Of a stretch of DNA of 64,000 nt, positions 1 to 8,062 are shown piece by piece. The DNA is from a virus. Made by a program: the position numbers and the translations under genes. Under the pieces are notes generated by a model. That model was not told the DNA's origin. It ran no database searches and saw only the letters and a program-made list of their open reading frames with translations. Position 1 is the stretch's first letter. Every line of letters begins with the position of its first letter. Where the stretch lies: IMG/VR virus record IMGVR_UViG_3300003322_000327, positions 38,121 through 102,120 of that record; one strand, written 5' to 3'.

Positions 1-64
1 TGAAGAGCAGGGCGGCGACAAGGCCGGAGAGCGGGCCGATCTTCGATTCGAGCTTGGTCATCAT
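1..64 (-). CDS. 5' part of a hypothetical protein running off the left edge (MMTKLESKIGPLSGLVAALLF...)
   Basis: ATG overlaps the stop of 61..555; frame stays open to the window edge. Confidence 0.4.
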   Translation of the reverse strand, partial: MMTKLESKIGPLSGLVAALLF

Positions 65-555
65 GCCACCTTCGGAATCGTGATGAAGAACCGATTCACC
101 ATGGGCGTCCGCAGCGGCTCGCCGTGGATGCCAATCGCGGCAGTCTTGCCGGTCGGTGACTTGACCTCGGCCAGCATGCCGCTCGTGCTTCGGCTGAACC
201 AGCCGGTGAGGCTGTAGACCTCGTCCCGGAACTCGTACTCGCGCTTGAAGATCGAGTCGTCGATCCTGATCTTGTCGACGCCGAACAGACGCAGTTCGGT
301 CGCACGACTGGCCTCGTCTTTCACGAGCTCGATGACCGCAACTCGATCCGAGTCCACGACGTCGGACCACCACACGGGTGTCCTGTCCTCGAACTCTGCC
401 TCGTACTCGGCTTTGCAGCGCTTCAGCGCGTCGGCCTGCATCTCCTTAATGTGGATGCCGCACATGCCGTGCTGGATGACCACGGTCTTCATGATCTTGA
501 GACCACGGATCGCGTGATGCATGAGGACAACGATGACAGTCGGTTTCTGGTTCAT
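61..555 (-). CDS. hypothetical phage protein
   Basis: ORF track 61..561; ATG at 555 preferred to TTG at 561; tiles with neighbours. Confidence 0.65.
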   Translation of the reverse strand: MNQKPTVIVVLMHHAIRGLKIMKTVVIQHGMCGIHIKEMQADALKRCKAEYEAEFEDRTPVWWSDVVDSDRVAVIELVKDEASRATELRLFGVDKIRIDDSIFKREYEFRDEVYSLTGWFSRSTSGMLAEVKSPTGKTAAIGIHGEPLRTPMVNRFFITIPKVA

Positions 556-634
556 GTTCAACTTTCAGACAACAGAGAAACGAACAAAGGGCGACACGAA
601 GTCGCCCCGCTTGGAACTGATGTGGCTCAGCCAC

Positions 635-1033
635 TCAAGGCCAGAGCTCGAACGCCGCCGGGTCGAACACGGTGGGCAGCATCGACAGCGGGCCTTCGGC
701 CACGTAGATGTCGCCGAGCTTGACGCGGAAGCCGGCCTTGCGCGTCATGGACCAGAGGACATCGAGGTCCTCGGTGTGCGCCTGCTTCGCCAGGCTGGCG
801 ATCATGCGGTCGAAGGCTTCCTTGCGGATCAGGGTGGCGATGCGCTCGACTTCGGCCTTGTAGTCGGCCGGGCGCGTGTCGGGGCCTTCGTGGCCGGCGG
901 GCTTCTGGAGGAAGGACTCGCGCAGGTTCTTGAACTCGCGCCAGCCCCAGGTGTGGGCCAGCTCTTCGAGATGACGGTTGAACAACGACTTCACGATCTT
1001 CGGTTCGACAGGACGGACGGCGACGGTGTTCAT
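635..1033 (-). CDS. hypothetical phage protein
   Basis: 132-aa ORF tiling the minus-strand gene run. Confidence 0.7.
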   Translation of the reverse strand: MNTVAVRPVEPKIVKSLFNRHLEELAHTWGWREFKNLRESFLQKPAGHEGPDTRPADYKAEVERIATLIRKEAFDRMIASLAKQAHTEDLDVLWSMTRKAGFRVKLGDIYVAEGPLSMLPTVFDPAAFELWP

Positions 1034-1087
1034 TTCAGATTCCTCTTTGGGTTTGGGGACAACAACGACGAGGACCCGACTGGGACC

Positions 1088-1432
1088 TCAACGATATTTA
1101 CGGTCTAGCAAATCGCGCACCGGCTTCGGCTTCGCCGGTGCGATGAGCTTGGAGGCGAGGACGAACCCGAAGGCAGGTCCATCTTCCTCTGCTCGGTCTT
1201 CATAGACGACAAGGGCTTTCAGACCTTGGCTCGTCATCATGTAGCCGACGACCAGGGCGGGCTCCCACATGCCCGCCAGGTGGCCACGAACTCGACATGG
1301 GCTGTTGTCTCGGGGCAGCTTCTTCAACTGCTCCGCAACATCCTTGTCACCCACGACTCTGCGGTCGATCTTATGCGCATCGAAACCCGTCCTGTTCGAT
1401 GCGTAGGCAATCATGTCGGTTCTGGCGCTCAT
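1088..1432 (-). CDS. hypothetical phage protein
   Basis: 114-aa ORF; start overlaps the upstream stop. Confidence 0.7.
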   Translation of the reverse strand: MSARTDMIAYASNRTGFDAHKIDRRVVGDKDVAEQLKKLPRDNSPCRVRGHLAGMWEPALVVGYMMTSQGLKALVVYEDRAEEDGPAFGFVLASKLIAPAKPKPVRDLLDRKYR

Positions 1433-1755
1433 TGGATTTTCTTTACCTTCAAGCTCTCGACCACGGTGTTCGTGTACGGCGCCTTGCGGCCCTGCTTCGC
1501 GTAGTCCTTGAGGACCTTCTCCTGGTCGAGGTGCGGCATGTCGTACTGGCTGCGGGTGACGCGCAGAACCGTGCCGTCCTGGTACTCGACGTCACAGACT
1601 TCGTCGATGTCGAAGTACTCGATGGCGAAGCCCTTGAGTCCGCGCTCCTCGGCTTCGAGGTCGCGCACCTGCGCCCGGGCCTTGGCGAGCTTGCGCTGCA
1701 CGACCTCCAGGCTGCGCGTCGCATCGGACGCGCGGTATGTGAACTTCTTAGTCAC
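1429..1755 (-). CDS. hypothetical phage protein
   Basis: 108-aa ORF, GTG start with GGAG upstream. Confidence 0.7.
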   Translation of the reverse strand: MTKKFTYRASDATRSLEVVQRKLAKARAQVRDLEAEERGLKGFAIEYFDIDEVCDVEYQDGTVLRVTRSQYDMPHLDQEKVLKDYAKQGRKAPYTNTVVESLKVKKIQ

Positions 1756-1787
1756 GTTGTCTCCTTCTCAGGGTTGAGAGTTGTGGA

Positions 1788-2105
1788 TCAGAAGCCGTGC
1801 ATCTTGACCGGATCGATGCCGGGCCGAAGCTTGAGGATCTGGACGCTCGCCTTGTCGAGCAGGGCGTCTGCCCACCACTCGTCGGGCTTGTCGGCCAGCG
1901 TGAGGAGCAGCTCACTGAGGTCGGCCTCTTCGATCAAGGATTTCTTCTGGTCGAGACAGGAGGTCTGGATCGTGATCCCATCACGGCGACCTTGCGGTCC
2001 GATGTTGATCGAGAGCCAGATCGGCTCATGTTTGCTGCCGGTCGGCCGCTGGGTCTTGGCAACAACGATGTACCAAGCAGGGACGGCATTTGCGATCGTT
2101 TGCAT
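1788..2105 (-). CDS. hypothetical phage protein
   Basis: 105-aa ORF with SD-like AAGGA upstream. Confidence 0.7.
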   Translation of the reverse strand: MQTIANAVPAWYIVVAKTQRPTGSKHEPIWLSINIGPQGRRDGITIQTSCLDQKKSLIEEADLSELLLTLADKPDEWWADALLDKASVQILKLRPGIDPVKMHGF

Positions 2106-2134
2106 TCGTTTTCCTTCGGGTTGAGGATTGCGGG

Positions 2135-2554
2135 TCAGGCCGGATCGTCGAAGTTGTAGTCGTCTTCGTCGCCGTCACCTTCGAGGACGAGATCCTTCAT
2201 CGCCTTGACGGCGTCCGGGTGACGCTTGAGCTCGATCACCGGTTCGGGCTCGGGGATGACGTCAGGCTCTTCGGCGCCCTCGTCTTCATCTTCGTCATCG
2301 TCCTGGTTGGCGCAGAGCTGGATCGCGTAGGCGACGGACTGCTCCGTCGGCTCGGCAATGAACTTGAGGTCGCGCGGATCGAACCAGGAGCAGCCGTTGA
2401 CGCTGTACTGGATGCAGCCGCCGCTGATGTCAGCGGCCGTGATCACCAGCGCGTCGTCATCCTTGGTCCAGTGTTGCCAGGTCGGCGATGCGTACTTGGT
2501 CAGCGTGACCTCGGTGCCGATCGCCAGGCTGATGGGATTCTTGCTATGGCTCAT
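2135..2554 (-). CDS. hypothetical protein with acidic C-terminal half
   Basis: 139-aa ORF, AAGGAG SD; DDDEDEDE tract. Confidence 0.75.
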   Translation of the reverse strand: MSHSKNPISLAIGTEVTLTKYASPTWQHWTKDDDALVITAADISGGCIQYSVNGCSWFDPRDLKFIAEPTEQSVAYAIQLCANQDDDEDEDEGAEEPDVIPEPEPVIELKRHPDAVKAMKDLVLEGDGDEDDYNFDDPA

Positions 2555-2605
2555 GTGAGCTCCTTAGGGTTGGGTTGAAGAACAGTGATGCCGACAACGG
2601 CATCA

Positions 2606-3121
2606 TTACCTCCGGGCGTTGAACTTGGAAGCCAGCGCCTGCATCTTCGACTGCAGGCGTTCCTGGTCACGGCGCTGCTCGGGCGTCGGCGCCCACACCG
2701 GCTGGCCCTTCGTCGCCAGCTGATGGTCGGTGTTCACCTGGCGCACCTGCTGCGCACGCTTGCGCACGATGTTGAACTTGTGCGGGTTCGCGTTCTCGGC
2801 CCGCAGGTGATCGAGATTCCACGTCTTGAGCCACACCTTCAAGCCATCGACGTTGGTGCCGAACTCTTCATTCCACTTCGAGAGATCGGCGCCCGTGATC
2901 TCGTACCAGCCGCCGCCCATCTCGAAGACGTCGGCGAACGTGGACACGGCCTTGCCCTCCGCCGTCGCCTGGAAGCGACGCATGTTCGCCCGGCTGGTCT
3001 GGAGCTTGAGGACGGCGTGCTTGTCGCCGCGGGCAGGCGTCAGAGCGTAGCGGTACGCATTCGACGCCGGCTGGAACAGGATCTTCGTGCCGTTGCAGGT
3101 TTCGATGAGTGCGCGGTTCAT
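2606..3121 (-). CDS. hypothetical phage protein
   Basis: 171-aa ORF, AAGGAG SD. Confidence 0.75.
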   Translation of the reverse strand: MNRALIETCNGTKILFQPASNAYRYALTPARGDKHAVLKLQTSRANMRRFQATAEGKAVSTFADVFEMGGGWYEITGADLSKWNEEFGTNVDGLKVWLKTWNLDHLRAENANPHKFNIVRKRAQQVRQVNTDHQLATKGQPVWAPTPEQRRDQERLQSKMQALASKFNARR

Positions 3122-3181
3122 GTTGTGTACTCCTTCTTTCGTTCAACGTTCGTTCGGTTTTGGATCAGGGGAAGCTGGCTC

Positions 3182-3430
3182 TCACCAGCGCCCGTAGGCG
3201 TTCTCTTCGGCGTCGCGGCAGAGCTCGCGCCGGTAGTGGTTGACGAGCTCACGTTGGCGACGGCCATTGAACCGATGCGTCAACATGTCCGGCCGCGCCT
3301 CCACCTTCTTCTGGACGCGGTGCGGCGTGTTCAGCGCGTTGTTGCTGGCGCCGTTCGCCTTGCACATGAGGCGCCACGTGCGTGTGCCGCGCTTCGGGCC
3401 GAAGTTCCACGGCTTGGGTTCGAGCTTCAT
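3182..3430 (-). CDS. hypothetical basic protein
   Basis: 82-aa ORF, AAGGAG SD. Confidence 0.7.
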   Translation of the reverse strand: MKLEPKPWNFGPKRGTRTWRLMCKANGASNNALNTPHRVQKKVEARPDMLTHRFNGRRQRELVNHYRRELCRDAEENAYGRW

Positions 3431-3439
3431 GCTTGCTCC

Positions 3440-3679
3440 TTACTTCAAGAACCCGTTCCGCTGAAGCGCGCGAACGAATTGTTGTTGGTTCGTGATCCAG
3501 CCGCTGCCGACACCGAGGCCACAGTCGTGCTGACGCATGATGTTGCAGCCACGCTCGGTGACCGCGATGAAGACATTGCCCGGAAGGCGAATGGTCTTCA
3601 TGTGGAAATTCCAGTCGATGTACTTGACGCCCCACTGCTTGAGACAATCGAGAACACCGTAGACGGGGTGATTCGCCAT
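3440..3679 (-). CDS. hypothetical phage protein
   Basis: 79-aa ORF abutting its neighbours. Confidence 0.65.
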   Translation of the reverse strand: MANHPVYGVLDCLKQWGVKYIDWNFHMKTIRLPGNVFIAVTERGCNIMRQHDCGLGVGSGWITNQQQFVRALQRNGFLK

Positions 3680-4003
3680 TCAATGAGTCCTTCCATCGTT
3701 GGGGTAGGCAGCATAGGCTGCGGACCAGGCTTGGCACACTTGCTTCGTGCTCAGCCAGGAGAAAGCGAGACGCTCGGCGACCGCATCGGTGATCGCCTGA
3801 TGACCCGGCGTCGTGCGTGAGTGCAGCATCGCGTCGTTGAGATCGTGGGTCGATGCGGGCCGCATGAAGATCCACTTCCGAGCCGTCGCGTCCCACATGT
3901 AGACATCGGAGCTGTGGCGTCGCTGTTCGTTGACGCGGTCGAGGATGATGAACTCTCCATCCCGCAGCAGGAACTGCGGGAACTCTTGTTGGACGAAACG
4001 CAT
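3680..4003 (-). CDS. hypothetical phage protein
   Basis: 107-aa ORF, AGGAG SD. Confidence 0.7.
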   Translation of the reverse strand: MRFVQQEFPQFLLRDGEFIILDRVNEQRRHSSDVYMWDATARKWIFMRPASTHDLNDAMLHSRTTPGHQAITDAVAERLAFSWLSTKQVCQAWSAAYAAYPNDGRTH

Positions 4004-4012
4004 GACAGGCTC

Positions 4013-4312
4013 CTACCGGTTGATGGGTCGCTCGTAGACGCTGCGACACACCTTATGGACGCCGTCAAAGCGAAACTCGATCTGCGTGAAGTTCGGGCCC
4101 GGTCGATCGAGTTCCGCGCTGGTGGTCGCGTCGCTGACCATGGATCGGATGCGCTTCACCTCCTTGTCCCAGCGTCGGCGCTCTTCGCGCTCGGCCACCT
4201 GCCGCGAGAACGCGGACGAGTAGTGGACAAAGAACTGCGAGTAGGGGCGGCCCAGCATCTCGGCTTCGTCGAGCGCATTGTTGACCGCGATCTTGATGAG
4301 AGACGTATTCAT
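4013..4312 (-). CDS. hypothetical phage protein (MNTSLIKIAVNN...)
   Basis: internal ATG of ORF 4013..4543, immediately after the stop of 4314..4817. Confidence 0.65.
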   Translation of the reverse strand: MNTSLIKIAVNNALDEAEMLGRPYSQFFVHYSSAFSRQVAEREERRRWDKEVKRIRSMVSDATTSAELDRPGPNFTQIEFRFDGVHKVCRSVYERPINR

Positions 4313-4313
4313 C

Positions 4314-4817
4314 TCAGTTGCTCCACGCGACCTTGGCCGCACGTTTGAAGGCCTGACGCTCGTTCGCGCCGTAGAACGCCTGGGTGCCGCCAGCACCGAA
4401 GTCGACGAGGGCCTTGTAGCTCTTCGACTCGTCACAGGTGCCGGCAGGACGCTGGGCGACGATGATGGAGGCGCGGCCGCGGGTCTTGACGACGACACCC
4501 ACCTTCTGACGACGGAACGAGAGGACGCCGGTCGTGCCATCATCGAAACGGACGCGGCGGTTGACCATCGTCTGGCGAACGTGCTTGCGCTTCGCCGGCT
4601 CGGCCTTCTTGGCCTTGGCCTTGGGTTCGACGACGGGCGTCGGAGCCACGACCGACAGCTTCGGCGCTTGACCCTTGACCTGCACCAGCTTGATCTGCGG
4701 GGCTTGCTTGCTCTTGATAGGCTTCGGGGTCGGAGCCTTCGGCTCTGCCTTGGGCTTGCCCTGCTTGGGTGCGTCGAAGTCGAAGAACTCGTTGAGTGCG
4801 TCGAAGCTGTTGGACAT
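4314..4817 (-). CDS. hypothetical Lys/Pro/Ala-rich basic protein
   Basis: 167-aa ORF, AGGAG SD; low-complexity PKAEPKAP N-terminal half. Confidence 0.7.
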   Translation of the reverse strand: MSNSFDALNEFFDFDAPKQGKPKAEPKAPTPKPIKSKQAPQIKLVQVKGQAPKLSVVAPTPVVEPKAKAKKAEPAKRKHVRQTMVNRRVRFDDGTTGVLSFRRQKVGVVVKTRGRASIIVAQRPAGTCDESKSYKALVDFGAGGTQAFYGANERQAFKRAAKVAWSN

Positions 4818-4860
4818 GTTGGAACTCCTAGTACGTTGTCGAGAGTGGATCGGGAACCGG

Positions 4861-4986
4861 TTACGCCGTCGCGTACAGGCGCTTGTAGAAAGCGTCCTTG
4901 AACTCGTTGGGCAGCGCTTGAAACGCTTCGTGCAGTTCGTGGAAGAGGTCGATCAGGACCAGATACTGCTTGTCGGTGAGCACCAT
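4861..4986 (-). CDS. small hypothetical protein (41 aa, MVLTDKQY...)
   Basis: ATG with GAGGGG SD, inside the longer ORF 4861..5193. Confidence 0.55.
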   Translation of the reverse strand: MVLTDKQYLVLIDLFHELHEAFQALPNEFKDAFYKRLYATA

Positions 4987-4996
4987 GTCGTTCCCC

Positions 4997-5275
4997 TCAG
5001 TAGGCCGAGCGCGAGCTGTGCGAGCGACGGGAGCTGTTCCTGACGTCGTGCAGGAACGTCGCGAGGTCGCGCGTGCAGTTCGTGACGTAGATGCTGCCCG
5101 GGCGCTCGTTGCGAACGCAGACGCCGTGACGATGCAGTTCGATCGTCTGGTCGACGCCCTTGCGCTCGACGCGGAGGACGTGCTCCGTGCCATCAGCGCT
5201 GATGCCGCGAGTCGCGCTGATGCCGTGCGCGGCGAGAACGTTCTTGATCGCGTTGAGCTTTTGAAGACGAGTCAT
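4997..5275 (-). CDS. hypothetical phage protein (MTRLQKLNAIK...)
   Basis: ATG at 5275 with AGGAG SD; first gene after the intergenic region. Confidence 0.65.
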   Translation of the reverse strand: MTRLQKLNAIKNVLAAHGISATRGISADGTEHVLRVERKGVDQTIELHRHGVCVRNERPGSIYVTNCTRDLATFLHDVRNSSRRSHSSRSAY

Positions 5276-5360
5276 GTTCGGAACTCCTGTGAATGTGTGA
5301 TGCGGGAATCGGGAAACTGCGCGGTGCCCAGTCCCTCCCCACGACCCCATTTTACACCGG

Positions 5361-5437
5361 AAACCGTCGAAAAACCGCGCTTCATAGGGGAAAACGGGCG
5401 AAAAACGCTCAAAAATGCTCAAAAATTGGGCATTTTT
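5361..5437. promoter_or_regulatory. phased A-tract array (intrinsically curved DNA) in an intergenic region, probably upstream of a leftward promoter
   Basis: A3-A5 runs start at 5361, 5370, 5391, 5401, 5411 and 5421 (10-bp register), followed by a T5 run at 5433. Confidence 0.6.
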
Positions 5438-5452
5438 GTTACAAATTGGACG

Positions 5453-5488
5453 AAAAAAGGCCCCTGCAACCCGGAGGCTGGAGGGGCC
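5453..5488 (-). terminator. Rho-independent terminator (minus strand)
   Basis: GGCCCCT...AGGGGCC stem followed on the minus strand by T6 (A6 at 5453-5458); downstream of gene 5565..6239. Confidence 0.7.
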
Positions 5489-5564
5489 GAAAGCACAGGG
5501 GTTCGGGGCCGTGAGGACCCCGCTCGGTCGTGCTAGGAGGAGACAGGGAGGACGTGCTGCGCGG

Positions 5565-6239
5565 TCAGCCGTTCAGCTCGCCGAGCTTGCTCTTGAGGAA
5601 GGTGCAGGTGCGATCCTTCGAGCGCAGTTCCTTGAGCATGTGCTCGACCTCGCGCTTCGTGAACCGCGCACGCGAACGGATGCGGTTGAGCGCTTCGACG
5701 TCGGTCTCTTGCTTGATGGCTTCCACGAACATGAGGAAGCCGGAGTCGAGGGCGTTCGGGTCTTCCTTCTCGGCCTCGACCATGGTCTTGTTGTTCTCCG
5801 AGAGCTCTTGCACCGAGACGATCTCGGCTCCGGAGTTCTGGATGCCACGCGCCGCTTGCGCTTCGTCGATCTGGCGTTGGCGGGCTTCGAGGCGCTCGCG
5901 CTCCTCGTCGGCGCCGTCTTCGGCCAGGATCTTGGCGGCACGCTCGGCCGAGATGAGTTCCATGACGCGGCTGTTGACCGCGTTGCGGAACTCGGAGCTC
6001 TCGAGCAGCTGCGAGCGCGGGATCTGGTCGGTGATGCGGATCGGCAGCCACGTCATCGGCAGGAACAGGTCATCGACCTTGGTGCCGTTGCGCTTCGGGA
6101 TGCCGATGTGGACCTCACCGGCTTGCTTGGCGCGGCTCTGCGCACTGGAGTTCAGCACCCAGATCGGCGCGCGATCGTTGCTGTCCTGCTCCAGATCGTC
6201 GATGGTGACTTCGTCTTTCGTGTTGACCAATGGGATCAT
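5565..6239 (-). CDS. hypothetical phage protein with a coiled-coil segment
   Basis: 224-aa ORF, GAGGT SD. Confidence 0.75.
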   Translation of the reverse strand: MIPLVNTKDEVTIDDLEQDSNDRAPIWVLNSSAQSRAKQAGEVHIGIPKRNGTKVDDLFLPMTWLPIRITDQIPRSQLLESSEFRNAVNSRVMELISAERAAKILAEDGADEERERLEARQRQIDEAQAARGIQNSGAEIVSVQELSENNKTMVEAEKEDPNALDSGFLMFVEAIKQETDVEALNRIRSRARFTKREVEHMLKELRSKDRTCTFLKSKLGELNG

Positions 6240-6324
6240 GATGTACCTCTATGAAATTGAGAATGCAGTTGCCTACGGTAGTGGTGCTATTGTTGGAAGG
6301 CGCGATCAGTGTCGCCCAATTCTT

Positions 6325-6621
6325 TTAGGTCTTGACCGTCACGAGTGTGTGTACCTCGTAGACATGTACGTTGGAACGCGCGAGGTAGCGATCGGGCGTC
6401 AGGATCGTGGCTACGAACTTGTAGCTCTCATCGAGCTGGTAGGAGTCCTCGACGACAGTGAAGACACGGTTCTCGGCGAACACTGCCTTGTCACTGGTCT
6501 CGAACCAGAGTACGTAGCCTTCGGAAAGGATGTAGCCAGAGCTCAGAAACTGAGCTCCGACCGGGAGCATGGCCGAGGTTTGACCGTGGTCCTTGAGCTT
6601 GACCTTGATGACGTTCTTCAT
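6325..6621 (-). CDS. small beta-rich hypothetical protein
   Basis: 98-aa ORF; MLPVGAQFL...LWFE...HVYEV pattern resembles a recurrent phage family (from recall, not verified). Confidence 0.6.
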   Translation of the reverse strand: MKNVIKVKLKDHGQTSAMLPVGAQFLSSGYILSEGYVLWFETSDKAVFAENRVFTVVEDSYQLDESYKFVATILTPDRYLARSNVHVYEVHTLVTVKT

Positions 6622-6974
6622 GGGGCTTGGGTTCCAGTAATCCCTCTCTCCCGACGATCATTCGTTCTGGCCTCGAAGGCCTGGAGTGCGGCCTGCATCG
6701 ATGCGATCGCACTCTTGTTGTACTCGGACGGGCACTTGGCATCCTGTCGCTTGACGCGGTCGATCAGGATCGCCAGCATGTGCTCGTTGGTGAAGCCGTT
6801 GATGCCGACCGATGCCGGGTTCCCGTTCTGGAACTCGATGGTGGTAATGAAACCACCCGACTCCGAGCGATGCTCGATGTAGTACTGGATGCCCAGGGCA
6901 TCGGTCGTCTGACTCGTGCTGATCTCGACCCCGTTGTGATCCGCGTAGATGACGCTGTTGGTGCCGGCAATCAT
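6618..6974 (-). CDS. tad1: Tad1-family anti-defence sponge (predicted cyclic-nucleotide/gcADPR binding)
   Basis: IEFQNG..NG...LAILIDRV...S..N..A...AL...RTNDRRERGITGT parallels the Tad1 pattern IKFQKG...HG...LLEIVRDRL...S.EN..A...EAL...R.EDRIERNVLGT; ATG at 6974 overlaps the upstream stop. Confidence 0.7.
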   Translation of the reverse strand: MIAGTNSVIYADHNGVEISTSQTTDALGIQYYIEHRSESGGFITTIEFQNGNPASVGINGFTNEHMLAILIDRVKRQDAKCPSEYNKSAIASMQAALQAFEARTNDRRERGITGTQAP

Positions 6975-7588
6975 TGCTGCTCCCGCTGACCCGGGTCTTG
7001 CGCAGCCCACTGGCGATCGGAGACCTCACGCTGCTCGGGCGGATCTTCGCGGTGCTCCTTCGCCATCCAGCCACCGGCCGGATCTTCGGACGGTACCTGC
7101 GGCTTGAGGTCAGGCACCTGCTCCACGTCGGTGCGACCTTCCGGTGGTTCGTTGCCGCGCGCCGGCTGTTCCTTCTCGGCCTTGTGCGCAGCGAGCGCAG
7201 CTTCGAGGTCGATCACGGCTTCACGCACCTGGTTCGGCACCTCGGTAGACGTCGGCTCGTCGGCCGACGCCGTCTGGTCTGGGTTGTTGGCTGCCGCTTG
7301 CGCAGCGACGTCACGCATCGCTTGCTGGTAGCCGAGTTGGTGACCCTTTTCCAGAGCGATGCGGGCTTGGCACTCGTGCGCCAGCGCCAGGATCGACTGC
7401 AGGTCGCTGATCACGTACTGCATGTTGCGGTACGTGTTCTTGGCGATCACGGCGGTGTGATCGTGGCCACGTGGCACGATGCCGACCGACAGGCCGACAC
7501 CGGGCTCGAAGTAGCCGATGAGTTGCATGAGCGGGATCTGCGGGTCCGGCGCACGCACTTGTTCACTTTGGGTTTGGTCGGTCATCAC
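6971..7588 (-). CDS. hypothetical protein with a disordered acidic C-terminus
   Basis: 205-aa ORF, AGGAG SD. Confidence 0.7.
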   Translation of the reverse strand: MMTDQTQSEQVRAPDPQIPLMQLIGYFEPGVGLSVGIVPRGHDHTAVIAKNTYRNMQYVISDLQSILALAHECQARIALEKGHQLGYQQAMRDVAAQAAANNPDQTASADEPTSTEVPNQVREAVIDLEAALAAHKAEKEQPARGNEPPEGRTDVEQVPDLKPQVPSEDPAGGWMAKEHREDPPEQREVSDRQWAAQDPGQREQQ

Positions 7589-7611
7589 TATCTCCTGGAT
7601 GTATGGTCTCT

Positions 7612-8052
7612 TTACAGTTTCAACTTTAGGCGAAGTCGGGCCCTGACTTGCATGAGGATCGTACCGAGGTGATTCAGGCCCTGACCGTCGACTGTACCCC
7701 AGAAAGTATCACCGTGGTTGTTGCCTTCGATCAGCTCTGCGTTGCGAGTGCTGAGAAGCAGCTGCCCGATCTCAGGACCAGAAGTGAACTTCGAAAGCAC
7801 GATGTTGTGCATGAAGTGCAACTTCACGGTCTCCCAATCGGGTCGTCTCTCGATTGAGCGACCGACTCGCTTTGCCAAGTATGGAGTCACTTGCGCTCGA
7901 ACGAGTTCGCGGTCGTGCGCTGTCTTGGCCTTCATGGCCTGAAAGGCGTGCTCGCTCGTCTTCCACGTCTGGTGCCGGTACGTGAATTCGTGCGCGTAGA
8001 AGTTGGACAAGAACTCGTACTCGCCTTCGAACCTGTCGATGACGGAGGGCAT
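7612..8052 (-). CDS. NADAR (YbiA-like) family hydrolase
   Basis: FLSNFY, SEHAFQAMKA, LIEGNNHGDTFWG and NHLGTILMQVR motifs. Confidence 0.9.
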   Translation of the reverse strand: MPSVIDRFEGEYEFLSNFYAHEFTYRHQTWKTSEHAFQAMKAKTAHDRELVRAQVTPYLAKRVGRSIERRPDWETVKLHFMHNIVLSKFTSGPEIGQLLLSTRNAELIEGNNHGDTFWGTVDGQGLNHLGTILMQVRARLRLKLKL

Positions 8053-8062
8053 GATCAGTCCT

